Below are positions 26,539 to 35,418 of a stretch of DNA of 64,000 nt, in pieces. Where the stretch lies: positions 13,277-77,276 of the forward strand of contig JAIBAF010000011.1 in assembly GCA_019695335.1 (NCBI GenBank), read 5' to 3'. The notes below the pieces were generated by a model. That model did no database searches. It saw only the letters and a program-made list of their open reading frames with translations, and was not told the origin of the DNA. This DNA comes from a bacterium. Its GTDB lineage: Bacteria; CLD3; SB21. How positions within the stretch are numbered: the stretch's first letter is position 1; each line of letters begins with the position of its first letter. The position numbers were made by a program, and so were the translations under genes.

Positions 26539-28371
26539 TTATTTGATGAACAAAAGCTTTTTTGTTTGAACAGTCTTACCGGCTATCATCCTGTAAAAAT
26601 ACAGTCCGGACGCGACCGTCTGCCCTTTGGCATTTCTGCCATCCCACGTTACTGCGTATTGACCTGCGTCTTTTCTAGAATTTTCAAGCGTCCGGATCTC
26701 CTGTCCCATCGCATTATATATTTTTATCGTTACCGATTGATTATTGTCTGGAACATCGTATTTGATCCGTGTATCACCATTGAATGGGTTCGGATAATTC
26801 TGATACAAAGCATAGTTCTCCGGCTCACGTATCGATTCATCAAATTGAATCTGAAACACCGTATCAATCATCACATATTCCCGCATATCCCAACCTTTGA
26901 CATCCGCCCACGCCTTGAAAACAGCACGGTACACCAACTGGATATGAATATTCGCCTGAGAGTTCTTGCCTACCTTGAACACCATGCTGCTGGTATCTGT
27001 CTTTCCTGCCGGAATCCGGCTATCATAAATAATCTCGGTAGCAAACCAATTTGTCGTTGGCGAATCGCCGGTATCCTCATTGCGTGTAAATAACGTAAAT
27101 CCTTTTCCCGGAAGGCCGGAAAAATTACCTTCCGCAGGACTGCCCACACCGCCGTAAAACGGAATGGTGTCCCCATCGAGTTGTGTCAACATTTGACCGT
27201 TATTATCCGCTTTGACTACCAGGAACATATTTCTGAAACTCACTCCGGTCGGTAATTTGTGACCCGCGCCGACGTTGGTCACCAGCGCTTTGAGCGACAA
27301 TTGATTTTGCGTCAACGTCTTTTCCACGGCCAATCGTGCCGATCGATTCATAAATGCCGGCGTCGTCCCTTTAAAAAACTGGCTGTACACTCTGTTCGTA
27401 TCACGTACCACCGCATCCGCGGCCGCAATTCCACCGGCGAAAATCGAATCACTGTTGGGGCGCATGTGACAATCTTGGCATTGAATACCTTGGGCCGCAA
27501 ACGAACTCGCCGCCCATGAGTCGTACGTATCATCGACAATCACTCCGTAGCGGTTTGCATATTGATGGCAACCGGAACAAAACGCACTTTTTTCATAAAT
27601 CGGGTTATACGTACCGCCCATCCAGTCCGTGGTCACATCGTCAAATTGTCCATAATTAATATCACGTGCATGCGGCATAGGCCGTTTCACAAAAATCGAT
27701 CCGTTCACTCCGGTAGAATAATTCACGTCCACGCTGTCAATCTTATGGCAGAAATCGCAGAACACACCGGCCGTGTCGATGCTGTTGGAATTCCATACAT
27801 CGTTTAATTCCGTATTTCCCGGCGTACGCAGCGCAGCCGACGGTGCATGGCAATCGCCGCAATCACCGCCTTCATTCGGAAAATTCAATTTAAACCCGGG
27901 ATATACTCCCGTATTACCGTTGACGTCCGTGCCGTTGTAGATTTGTTTCAGCATCGAATTCGTGGCCGCCCGCGCATGTTTGGATTCACTCCATTGATTA
28001 AATAAACCACCGTGACAATTCCGGCAAAACGTCGGATTTTGAAAAACAAAATCAGCATTATCTTCTTCAGGCAATGGTTCCATTTTGATAGTATCGCTGG
28101 TACCGACTACGAACAACCGCCGTTTATTGAACCATCCGCGCTTACCGGCTGCAAGTGTTACAAACGAACCGATGGCTTTATCCGTAAAGAGTGTAAATTC
28201 ACCTTGAGCATTGGTCAAAACGAAATCATTGCTTCCGGGAAACCGAACACGCGCGTCCGGCACCGGCATCAAGTCTTCTGAACTCACTACGACTCCTGAT
28301 ACAGGCTGACCTGATTGTGTCAGTAACACAAAGGAACAAAAAAGAATTATTGACAATATGGCCTTAAGCAT
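26539..28371 (-). CDS. Pentaheme c-type cytochrome with an N-terminal CarboxypepD_reg-like domain and a T9SS C-terminal sorting domain
   Basis: Signal peptide. Five CxxCH motifs: CRNCH (aa 116-120), CGDCH (171-175), CDFCH (205-209), CSGCH (265-269), CQDCH (298-302). C-terminus YALYQNYPNPFNGDTRIKYDVP...GLYFYRMIAGKTVQTKKLLFIK matches the Por secretion tail. Confidence 0.8.
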   Translation of the reverse strand: MLKAILSIILFCSFVLLTQSGQPVSGVVVSSEDLMPVPDARVRFPGSNDFVLTNAQGEFTLFTDKAIGSFVTLAAGKRGWFNKRRLFVVGTSDTIKMEPLPEEDNADFVFQNPTFCRNCHGGLFNQWSESKHARAATNSMLKQIYNGTDVNGNTGVYPGFKLNFPNEGGDCGDCHAPSAALRTPGNTELNDVWNSNSIDTAGVFCDFCHKIDSVDVNYSTGVNGSIFVKRPMPHARDINYGQFDDVTTDWMGGTYNPIYEKSAFCSGCHQYANRYGVIVDDTYDSWAASSFAAQGIQCQDCHMRPNSDSIFAGGIAAADAVVRDTNRVYSQFFKGTTPAFMNRSARLAVEKTLTQNQLSLKALVTNVGAGHKLPTGVSFRNMFLVVKADNNGQMLTQLDGDTIPFYGGVGSPAEGNFSGLPGKGFTLFTRNEDTGDSPTTNWFATEIIYDSRIPAGKTDTSSMVFKVGKNSQANIHIQLVYRAVFKAWADVKGWDMREYVMIDTVFQIQFDESIREPENYALYQNYPNPFNGDTRIKYDVPDNNQSVTIKIYNAMGQEIRTLENSRKDAGQYAVTWDGRNAKGQTVASGLYFYRMIAGKTVQTKKLLFIK

Positions 28372-29098
28372 TATTAATAATTATTGACTTTAATTGTAAA
28401 AACCCGTGAAACTATAACACTTCTAACACTCAAACAACCTGCATCATAATGTGGTTCACCATTAAGCAGAACTATCCAAACGACACTAAAACAATCCGTT
28501 GGCTTTATCTATAAATATTAGCGCAAGGAACAAACAGACAAAAATACTACTATCAAGGCGATTCTAACCATGAAATTACCTAGCTAAATGGAACTGACAA
28601 ACTATGACGCAATAGAGGGTGCGGTCAATGTAAGGATCGAACATAGTAAGCGCAAGGGAATTTTAAGGCTGTTTTGTTTTGGCTAACCACTGACGAACCC
28701 TTGCATCCGATGGATTGAGGGTTAAGGCTTTCGATAGATAGTCTCTAGCTATTAAACGAATCTTACCAAGTCCAAAATAAGCGTCGTAAAGGTCGGATTA
28801 ATTTGAAAGCACTTGAAAACATGCTTCTTCAGCTTCACTAGGCCTTCGATTTCTCTAAAAACCGGATACGCTAAAAGGAGCTTCCCTCTACAATCGCGCG
28901 TGTGCTTGGTGCCATGGCCTGGACGGAGAAGGATTGACGGCAAAGGCGAATCGTTGGATATAAAACCTTCACAAACTCTGACCATCATCGAACAAATCCG
29001 GCAGGGCGGTTACCGTATGCCATTCTTTCAAACCGATATCATTTCAGACTAGGAACTGGCCGATATAGCCGCTTTACATTATTGCTTTACGAAGCCGC

Positions 29099-29545
29099 TC
29101 AAAGCAGCCGTGAGATGCTGAAGGTTGTTCCGGTTTGAGGAAAGTAAACAACACCGACAACGTCCATTGTCTGTCCGTTAAATGAAACCGTAGGTTTATC
29201 GATATTGGCCGTCACAAAATAAATGCAACGCGTCGACCAATAGCTCTTGCCATCCACCGTCACATCGGCAACATATTCCGCTTGTTCATTCCTCTTGTAG
29301 TTGTATACGACACTTTTACCAACCACATCCATGACGGTTTTGTCGTTTTTCTGAAAGAAAATGCGGATAGGAATGGACGATGTGAACGTCACGTCTTTGT
29401 AGAAACCTTCAGGAGCTTGGTTACTGCAACTGATGTCAATAGTATTACTGCCAAAAGTCAGCGTGTACCGTTGCTGCTGAGCCGAAATATTCGTGACAGC
29501 TAAAAAAGCCAACATAACAATCCCGATTCCACATTTCATAGGCAT
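29099..29545 (-). CDS. Small secreted hypothetical protein
   Basis: 148-aa ORF with a signal peptide (MPMKCGIGIVMLAFLAVTNISAQ). No recognisable domain. Confidence 0.45.
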   Translation of the reverse strand: MPMKCGIGIVMLAFLAVTNISAQQQRYTLTFGSNTIDISCSNQAPEGFYKDVTFTSSIPIRIFFQKNDKTVMDVVGKSVVYNYKRNEQAEYVADVTVDGKSYWSTRCIYFVTANIDKPTVSFNGQTMDVVGVVYFPQTGTTFSISRLL

Positions 29546-29618
29546 GGATCCTTTCTTAAAGTTTGTGAACCATCTGTAGTGTACAATTTTTGCTTTATAT
29601 TTTCAAATTAAAAATAAT

Positions 29619-30854
29619 TCAGGCCTTGGGCTCAAGCAATACCATGGTTTCAACGCTGTCCGTACCGGGAAACATATCAAAAGGTATAATCCGAACAGGC
29701 CTGAATCCGCTTCGATTCCAGCGCTCAATTTCCTTCGGAAGATGGTCAATTTCACAAAATAAATGGAGCGCTTTTTTGATGCCACCTTCCGCAAGCCACT
29801 CGATCACGCCTTGATCCGTGCCGTTACGCGGCGGATCGAGGATAACAACCGTTTCGTTGCTAACCGGGAATCTTGTAATCGTATCGCGATCGAGGCGAGC
29901 GTTGGTAAAACGTACGTTGGAAATCTTCAATCGCGATGCATTGACTTTGGCTGATTCGACCGCGTCTGCCGACGATTCGACTCCATGAACGGCCTTGTAA
30001 GCATGCGCCAGCGAAATAGCAAAAACGCCATAGCCGCAATACCAGTCATACAAGTGTTCGTCCGGCTTCGGCTGAAGACATTCCGATGCTTTTTGTACCA
30101 TCCAATTAATCATTGATGCATTGGTCTGCGAGAAAACCAGAGGTGAATATGAAAGTTTGTTGCCGGTAACCGTTGCAGTAATTTCAGAGCCACCGAAAAT
30201 TTTTCTCAAACCTTGTGGCGAAATATCGGCTTTATCGGACATGTAATAACGACTGTGTTCATCCAAAAACGAAAAAACGCTCGTGACCGATTGGATTTCC
30301 CGTGTAAGGTTTTTGGAGAGTTGATTGAGCCCGGCATTAAGAGACGGTGTATAATGTTTAAGGCTCAACAAAACGGTAAGCTGTTTGTACGTCCCTTTGA
30401 CAATAACATAATTCATTTCTCGACCCAATGCCCGTCCACTGCGATCGTCAATGAATTGTTGAACGAGATTATAAACACGTGAGTGATCCGACGGTTCAAT
30501 CGGGCAGTCGATCACGTCCAAAGGCCTGACGCGTCCGGTGCGATCCAATTCTGTAAACCCCAACAAAGGGCCTTCACGCGTTGCAAATACGCGACGCTTG
30601 CTGTTCGTACGGTATCGCCTTCCCAACGGCGACGCCGTCAATGATTCCGGTTTGCCCGGAAATCCGTTCTTACTCCAAAATTCTTTAAAGGCTCGGTCCT
30701 TCAGCTTTACTTCCGTTTCATAACGCAATGAAATCGCCGGACAAATCGTGCAGCGGTGTTCATGATAAGTCAGGCATTCGTATTTTTTGAAGGAATGGCG
30801 GGGCTCATTTGAAGAACGGATGAGGCTACGAAAAATCGTTCCGAAAGATGTCAT
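29619..30854 (-). CDS. Class I SAM-dependent RNA (uracil-5-)-methyltransferase, RumA/RlmD/TrmA family
   Basis: SAM-binding motif LYDWYCGYGVFAISLA, catalytic VILDPPRNG, and an N-terminal Cys cluster (CLTYHEHRCTICP). Confidence 0.75.
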   Translation of the reverse strand: MTSFGTIFRSLIRSSNEPRHSFKKYECLTYHEHRCTICPAISLRYETEVKLKDRAFKEFWSKNGFPGKPESLTASPLGRRYRTNSKRRVFATREGPLLGFTELDRTGRVRPLDVIDCPIEPSDHSRVYNLVQQFIDDRSGRALGREMNYVIVKGTYKQLTVLLSLKHYTPSLNAGLNQLSKNLTREIQSVTSVFSFLDEHSRYYMSDKADISPQGLRKIFGGSEITATVTGNKLSYSPLVFSQTNASMINWMVQKASECLQPKPDEHLYDWYCGYGVFAISLAHAYKAVHGVESSADAVESAKVNASRLKISNVRFTNARLDRDTITRFPVSNETVVILDPPRNGTDQGVIEWLAEGGIKKALHLFCEIDHLPKEIERWNRSGFRPVRIIPFDMFPGTDSVETMVLLEPKA

Positions 30855-30895
30855 AAATTGTATTCAAAAAATTAACGATCACAATCGCTAGGTAA

Positions 30896-32449
30896 TTATT
30901 CCCATTCAATCGTCGCCGGCGGTTTGGAACTGATATCGTATGTAACGCGATTGATGCCTTTGACTTCATTGATAATGCGGTTTGAAATTTTTCCGAGCAG
31001 TTCGTACGGCAAATGCGCCCAATCCGCCGTCATACCATCCTGACTGGTCACCGCGCGAATCGCCACGGCATTCTGATACGTACGCGCATCACCCATTACA
31101 CCGACCGATTTGACGGGCAATAACACGGTAAAAGCCTGCCAAACCCGGCTGTATTGTCCCGAAGATTTAAGTTCGTCGATAAAAATAGCGTCGGCTTCCC
31201 GAAGCACGTCACATCGTTCCTTAGTGACTTCACCCAGCACGCGAACAGCCAAACCGGGACCTGGAAAAGGATGCCTCATTAATAACTCATCCGACAATCC
31301 GAGTTCACGTCCTACGGCCCGCACTTCGTCTTTAAACAATTCACGTAAAGGTTCGATAAGCTTTAAATGCATCTTTTCGGGCAATCCACCTACGTTGTGA
31401 TGCGTCTTGATCGTAGCCGACGGTCCCTTGATCGAAACGCTTTCAATAACGTCCGGATACAAAGTGCCTTGAGCCAGAAAATCGACATGTCCAACGGATG
31501 ATTTTAATTTTTGAACTTCACCGTCGAAGACGTCGATAAATGTATTACCAATAATTTTTCTTTTTTTCTCCGGATCTTCAATGCCTTTTAACCGCGACAA
31601 GAATAATTCAGAAGCGTCGGCTACGATCAGATGATTATTAAAAAATTTCTTAAAAGTTTGTTCGACCTGGTCGCGTTCGTTTTTTCGGAGCAAACCGTTA
31701 TCGACAAAAATAGCCGAAAATCTATCCGGAATGGCCCGATGCAATAGCATTGCCACTACAGAAGAGTCGACGCCGCCGGATAATGCGCAAATGACATAAC
31801 CGTCTTTGACTTTTTCACGAATTTCACGAATCGTTTCCTGTACGAAAGAAGCCGTCGTCCAGTTGCCGGAACATTTACAAATGTCGAAGATAAAATTTTT
31901 AAGCAGTTCCTTCCCCATCGGAGTATGCGCAACTTCGGGATGGAATTGGACGGCCCAGCATTTTTTTGATATATCACGCATGGCGGCAATCGGTGCGTTT
32001 TCCGTATGAGCGATGCTCTCAAATCCCGGAGGAATTTTTTCCAGCCGATCGCCATGACTTTCCCAAACGACCGTTTCAGCCGGAAAATTTTTAAATAAAT
32101 CTTCCTTGCGATCGACCAGCAAATGTGCCCGACCGAATTCGCGTTGAGCTGCGCGATCGACTTTGCCGCCAAAATAATGTGCGATCAACTGCATGCCGTA
32201 ACATACGCCCAAAACGGGGATGCCTAATTCAAAAATTTTGCGATCCGGCAACGGCGCGCCTTCTTCATCCACGCTTGAAGGGCTTCCCGATAAAATGATC
32301 CCTGCCGGATTAAACGCTCTTACCTTCTCTGGAGTAATGTTGAAAGGATGAATTTCGCAATAAACATTCATCTCGCGGATACGCCGCGCGATTAATTGTG
32401 TGTACTGTGAACCAAAATCCAAAATTAAAATGGATTCCGAATGTTGCAT
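30896..32449 (-). CDS. guaA: GMP synthase (glutamine-hydrolysing)
   Basis: GATase1 N-terminus ([20 protein letters not shown], catalytic CYGMQ), ATP-PPase SGGVDSSV motif, and a characteristic C-terminus. Confidence 0.95.
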   Translation of the reverse strand: MQHSESILILDFGSQYTQLIARRIREMNVYCEIHPFNITPEKVRAFNPAGIILSGSPSSVDEEGAPLPDRKIFELGIPVLGVCYGMQLIAHYFGGKVDRAAQREFGRAHLLVDRKEDLFKNFPAETVVWESHGDRLEKIPPGFESIAHTENAPIAAMRDISKKCWAVQFHPEVAHTPMGKELLKNFIFDICKCSGNWTTASFVQETIREIREKVKDGYVICALSGGVDSSVVAMLLHRAIPDRFSAIFVDNGLLRKNERDQVEQTFKKFFNNHLIVADASELFLSRLKGIEDPEKKRKIIGNTFIDVFDGEVQKLKSSVGHVDFLAQGTLYPDVIESVSIKGPSATIKTHHNVGGLPEKMHLKLIEPLRELFKDEVRAVGRELGLSDELLMRHPFPGPGLAVRVLGEVTKERCDVLREADAIFIDELKSSGQYSRVWQAFTVLLPVKSVGVMGDARTYQNAVAIRAVTSQDGMTADWAHLPYELLGKISNRIINEVKGINRVTYDISSKPPATIEWE

Positions 32450-32515
32450 AAATACTCCGTTCTAACTATCAAAAATTACTTATTTTTCAACTATTCGTGT
32501 TGGGCATGCCGTCGT

Positions 32516-32938
32516 TCATTTTTTTATTTTATTGTAAAGCGCCCACGCTTTTTCAAAATCAATTAACTTAAAGCCCGGTTCGCCATCCGCCAACGGTGGA
32601 TTACCTGCCCGTAAATTATCGATAGCGGCCCATTGAAATGCAGAATGTTCATCGGATAATTGTACTCCCGCATGATCGGTTTCTGCAAGATAATCAATGG
32701 AAACAAGAACACCTTCGCGAAATGACCCGTACCAGATATCGGCCGGCCCAAGCAGGTTAATATCTAATCCACTTTCTTCTTTGACCTCCCGTAAGATTCC
32801 TTCTGCAGGATTTTCATTTATTTCCAGACGTCCGCCAGGCGGACCCCAGACTTTGGGTTCATGATTACGCTTCAAAAGAAGAAATTTTCCGTTATGAATT
32901 ACATAAGCAATAACGGCTAACTGATGCGTGAGCGGCAT
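32516..32938 (-). CDS. NUDIX hydrolase
   Basis: Nudix box GGRLEINENPAEGILREVKEESGL. Confidence 0.8.
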   Translation of the reverse strand: MPLTHQLAVIAYVIHNGKFLLLKRNHEPKVWGPPGGRLEINENPAEGILREVKEESGLDINLLGPADIWYGSFREGVLVSIDYLAETDHAGVQLSDEHSAFQWAAIDNLRAGNPPLADGEPGFKLIDFEKAWALYNKIKK

Positions 32939-33468
32939 TATTGTGCCCGTTTGATTTCCAGATATTTTTCATGCCCAAGCCGAATAGCACTCCGGGCAAA
33001 TTCCGTCGGTTCCCAGCCGAAACTCTGAACATGCTTTCCTTCGAGATGTTTGTACGTCGTAAAAAAATGTTCGATTTCGACAAGCAAGTGATGCGGCAAT
33101 TGCTCTACGCGCCGCATATCGCGGTAATGCTCGTCCCCGATGGCCACGCCCAGAATTTTGTCATCGGCGCCTTTGTCGTCGCGCATCCGTAATACGCCAA
33201 GGGGCCGCGTCTCTACCAAAATGCCCGTCAACAACGGTTGACTGGCAAGCACCAGGATATCCAACGGATCGCCATCGTCGTAATACGTGCTCGGAATAAA
33301 GCCATACGCTGTCGGATAATGAACGGCTGAATACAATACGCGATCCAATTTAAAAACTTCAAGCTTCACATCGTATTCATATTTATTGCGGCTGCCTTCG
33401 GGAATTTCAATAATGGCGTTGACTACATTGGGAAAATCGTTGCCAACAGGAATATCTTTCAAATTCAT
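32938..33468 (-). CDS. ppa: Inorganic pyrophosphatase
   Basis: Family I PPase motifs (EIPEGSRNKYEYD, DGDPLDILVL). Confidence 0.9.
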   Translation of the reverse strand: MNLKDIPVGNDFPNVVNAIIEIPEGSRNKYEYDVKLEVFKLDRVLYSAVHYPTAYGFIPSTYYDDGDPLDILVLASQPLLTGILVETRPLGVLRMRDDKGADDKILGVAIGDEHYRDMRRVEQLPHHLLVEIEHFFTTYKHLEGKHVQSFGWEPTEFARSAIRLGHEKYLEIKRAQ

Positions 33469-33565
33469 GTTCTGTACTTAGTCTAATGAATCGTTGTAGG
33501 CTTATTTTACTTGCGGGCGAATATGCGGAAAAAAGAAGTAAGATACAATTGAAGTTTGAAAAAAA

Positions 33566-33967
33566 TCAGTTCTCTTTTTTGAGCGTTTTGATCATGATGA
33601 GATGAATCGAAACGCCGACAGCGATGAGTATCAAAATTACATCGACGTAGATCGGAGCTTTGGTAAAAACAATTGTATAGCCAATACTGGCCCATAACAC
33701 GGCCATTGAACCGATTTTTACTGATAACGGCGTGCCACGTTTTTCTCTATAGTTTTTGAGATAACTTCCAAAATAGCGATTAGTATGAAGCCATTCATAC
33801 AGTTGTGGCGAGCTTTTGGCATAACACCCGGCAGCCAGCAACAAAAATATCGTGGTCGGCATCAACGGCAATATCGCACCGATAATACCCAGTGCAACAA
33901 ACCCATGCCCGGCAAACAGATAGGCTGTTCGATGAAATCCTTTAGATGGTTGTTCTTCGTGTTCCAT
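33566..33967 (-). CDS. YbaN/DUF454 family inner-membrane protein
   Basis: 133 aa with two TM hairpins, similar to YbaN-like proteins. Confidence 0.55.
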   Translation of the reverse strand: MEHEEQPSKGFHRTAYLFAGHGFVALGIIGAILPLMPTTIFLLLAAGCYAKSSPQLYEWLHTNRYFGSYLKNYREKRGTPLSVKIGSMAVLWASIGYTIVFTKAPIYVDVILILIAVGVSIHLIMIKTLKKEN

Positions 33968-34045
33968 ACTTTACAGGTTGTTTTACATTTTCACGTGAAG
34001 ATACATAAACTGCAGTCATGTTTTCAAGTACGAATTCGGCCGAGA

Positions 34046-35413
34046 TTACGCTTTTAGTTTTTTCAACGCTTGGTTAGCCGCGACTAAAATCGGATCCCAG
34101 ACCGGTGCGAACGGCGGCGTGTACATCAGATCCATTTCAGCTATCTGCCTGATCGTCATTTTATTTTGAATGGCAACGGATAAGACGTCGGCACGTAAAG
34201 CGGCTCCTTTTTCACCAACCAGATTCGCCCCGATCAGGCGTTTCGTCAGGCCGTCCATGATCAGTTTGACAAAAACGGGTTTGCTGCCGGGATAAGCACG
34301 TACATGCGAATAAGCGTTGATCGATTCAGTAACAACTTTGAAGTCTGATGCTTCGGCTTCCGCCGAATTCAATCCGACGCTCGCCACTTCCAGATCGAAA
34401 ACTTTAACAGCTGTTGTCCTGACAACGCCTTTGAATTCTACGTGCCCGCCTGCCATGTTTTCCCCTGCAATCCATCCCATTTTATTCGCAATATTCCCGA
34501 GCGGAAGATAAATCGGTTTATTAGAAATGATATTTTTAATTTCCGTACATGCACCGGCCGCATAAATATGATCCACATTCGTTCGTAAAAACGAATCCGT
34601 CAAAATTCCTCCGAACCGCCCGCAACGGATTTTTATACTCTTCGCCAATTCGGTATTTGGTTCGAAACCCAATGCCAATATAATAAGATCGGCATCAACC
34701 GATTGATGCTGCAATTTCAAAGATCTTGCGACACCACTATGGATAACAATGTCTTGAACTTCACTCGAACCTATAAATTGAACACCGTGCCTTTTGATTT
34801 CATCCAGCACGATCGCCTGAGTTTCCGATTCCAGAGTATTCATAGGATGACTGTCTTTATGAATCACCGTAACATCCAAGCGTCTCTCTGAAAATGCTTC
34901 GGCCATTTCCATCCCTATATAGCCCCCGCCGATAATAACTACCCGACGCGGGTTCTTTTCTGCAATATATTTTTTGATCGCGATGCTGTCGCTTAAGTGT
35001 TTGACGGTAAAAACATTGGATGCTTTTAACCATTCTTTATTGGGAACTCTGGCTCTGGCTCCAGTGGCAATTAATAACTGATCGTATTCATATTCTTCCA
35101 TTTTATCGTAGTGCAGGTTATGGACAACAACTCTGTGCCGATGCGGTTTGATATCGACGACCCGATGTTTTGTCTTGACCGTACAGCCTTTTTCTTTCTC
35201 AAATTTTTCAGCGCTGAATGTAATAATATCTTCGTGATGTTTGATAACATCGCCGACATAATACGGCATCGAGCAAGTTCCGTACGAAATAAACTCACCC
35301 TGTTCGAACATGGTAATGTCCAGATCCGGATTCAACCGTTTGGCTTTGGCAGCTGCCGCAGGTCCTGCCGCGACGCCGCCGATGATCAGTATGCGATGCG
35401 AGGCGCGTTTCAA
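34046..35413 (-). CDS. FAD-dependent pyridine nucleotide-disulfide oxidoreductase, CoA-disulfide reductase / NADH oxidase family
   Basis: Rossmann GxGxxG (IIGGVAAGPAAA) and the single redox Cys motif SYGTCSMPYY typical of CoADR/Nox/Npx. Confidence 0.75.
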   Translation of the reverse strand: MKRASHRILIIGGVAAGPAAAAKAKRLNPDLDITMFEQGEFISYGTCSMPYYVGDVIKHHEDIITFSAEKFEKEKGCTVKTKHRVVDIKPHRHRVVVHNLHYDKMEEYEYDQLLIATGARARVPNKEWLKASNVFTVKHLSDSIAIKKYIAEKNPRRVVIIGGGYIGMEMAEAFSERRLDVTVIHKDSHPMNTLESETQAIVLDEIKRHGVQFIGSSEVQDIVIHSGVARSLKLQHQSVDADLIILALGFEPNTELAKSIKIRCGRFGGILTDSFLRTNVDHIYAAGACTEIKNIISNKPIYLPLGNIANKMGWIAGENMAGGHVEFKGVVRTTAVKVFDLEVASVGLNSAEAEASDFKVVTESINAYSHVRAYPGSKPVFVKLIMDGLTKRLIGANLVGEKGAALRADVLSVAIQNKMTIRQIAEMDLMYTPPFAPVWDPILVAANQALKKLKA

Positions 35414-35418
35414 AACGG

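Noticed and set aside
28372-29098. Possible tmRNA or RNase P RNA in the long non-coding region
   Set aside because: There is no GGGG 5' acceptor or CCCC/GGGG T-arm context and no ...ALAA tag reading frame. RNase P hallmarks GGAAAGUCCGG and ACAGAAUCCGGCUUA are absent. Only a weak resemblance (GGTGCGGT...GTAAGCGCA) was found, which is insufficient.
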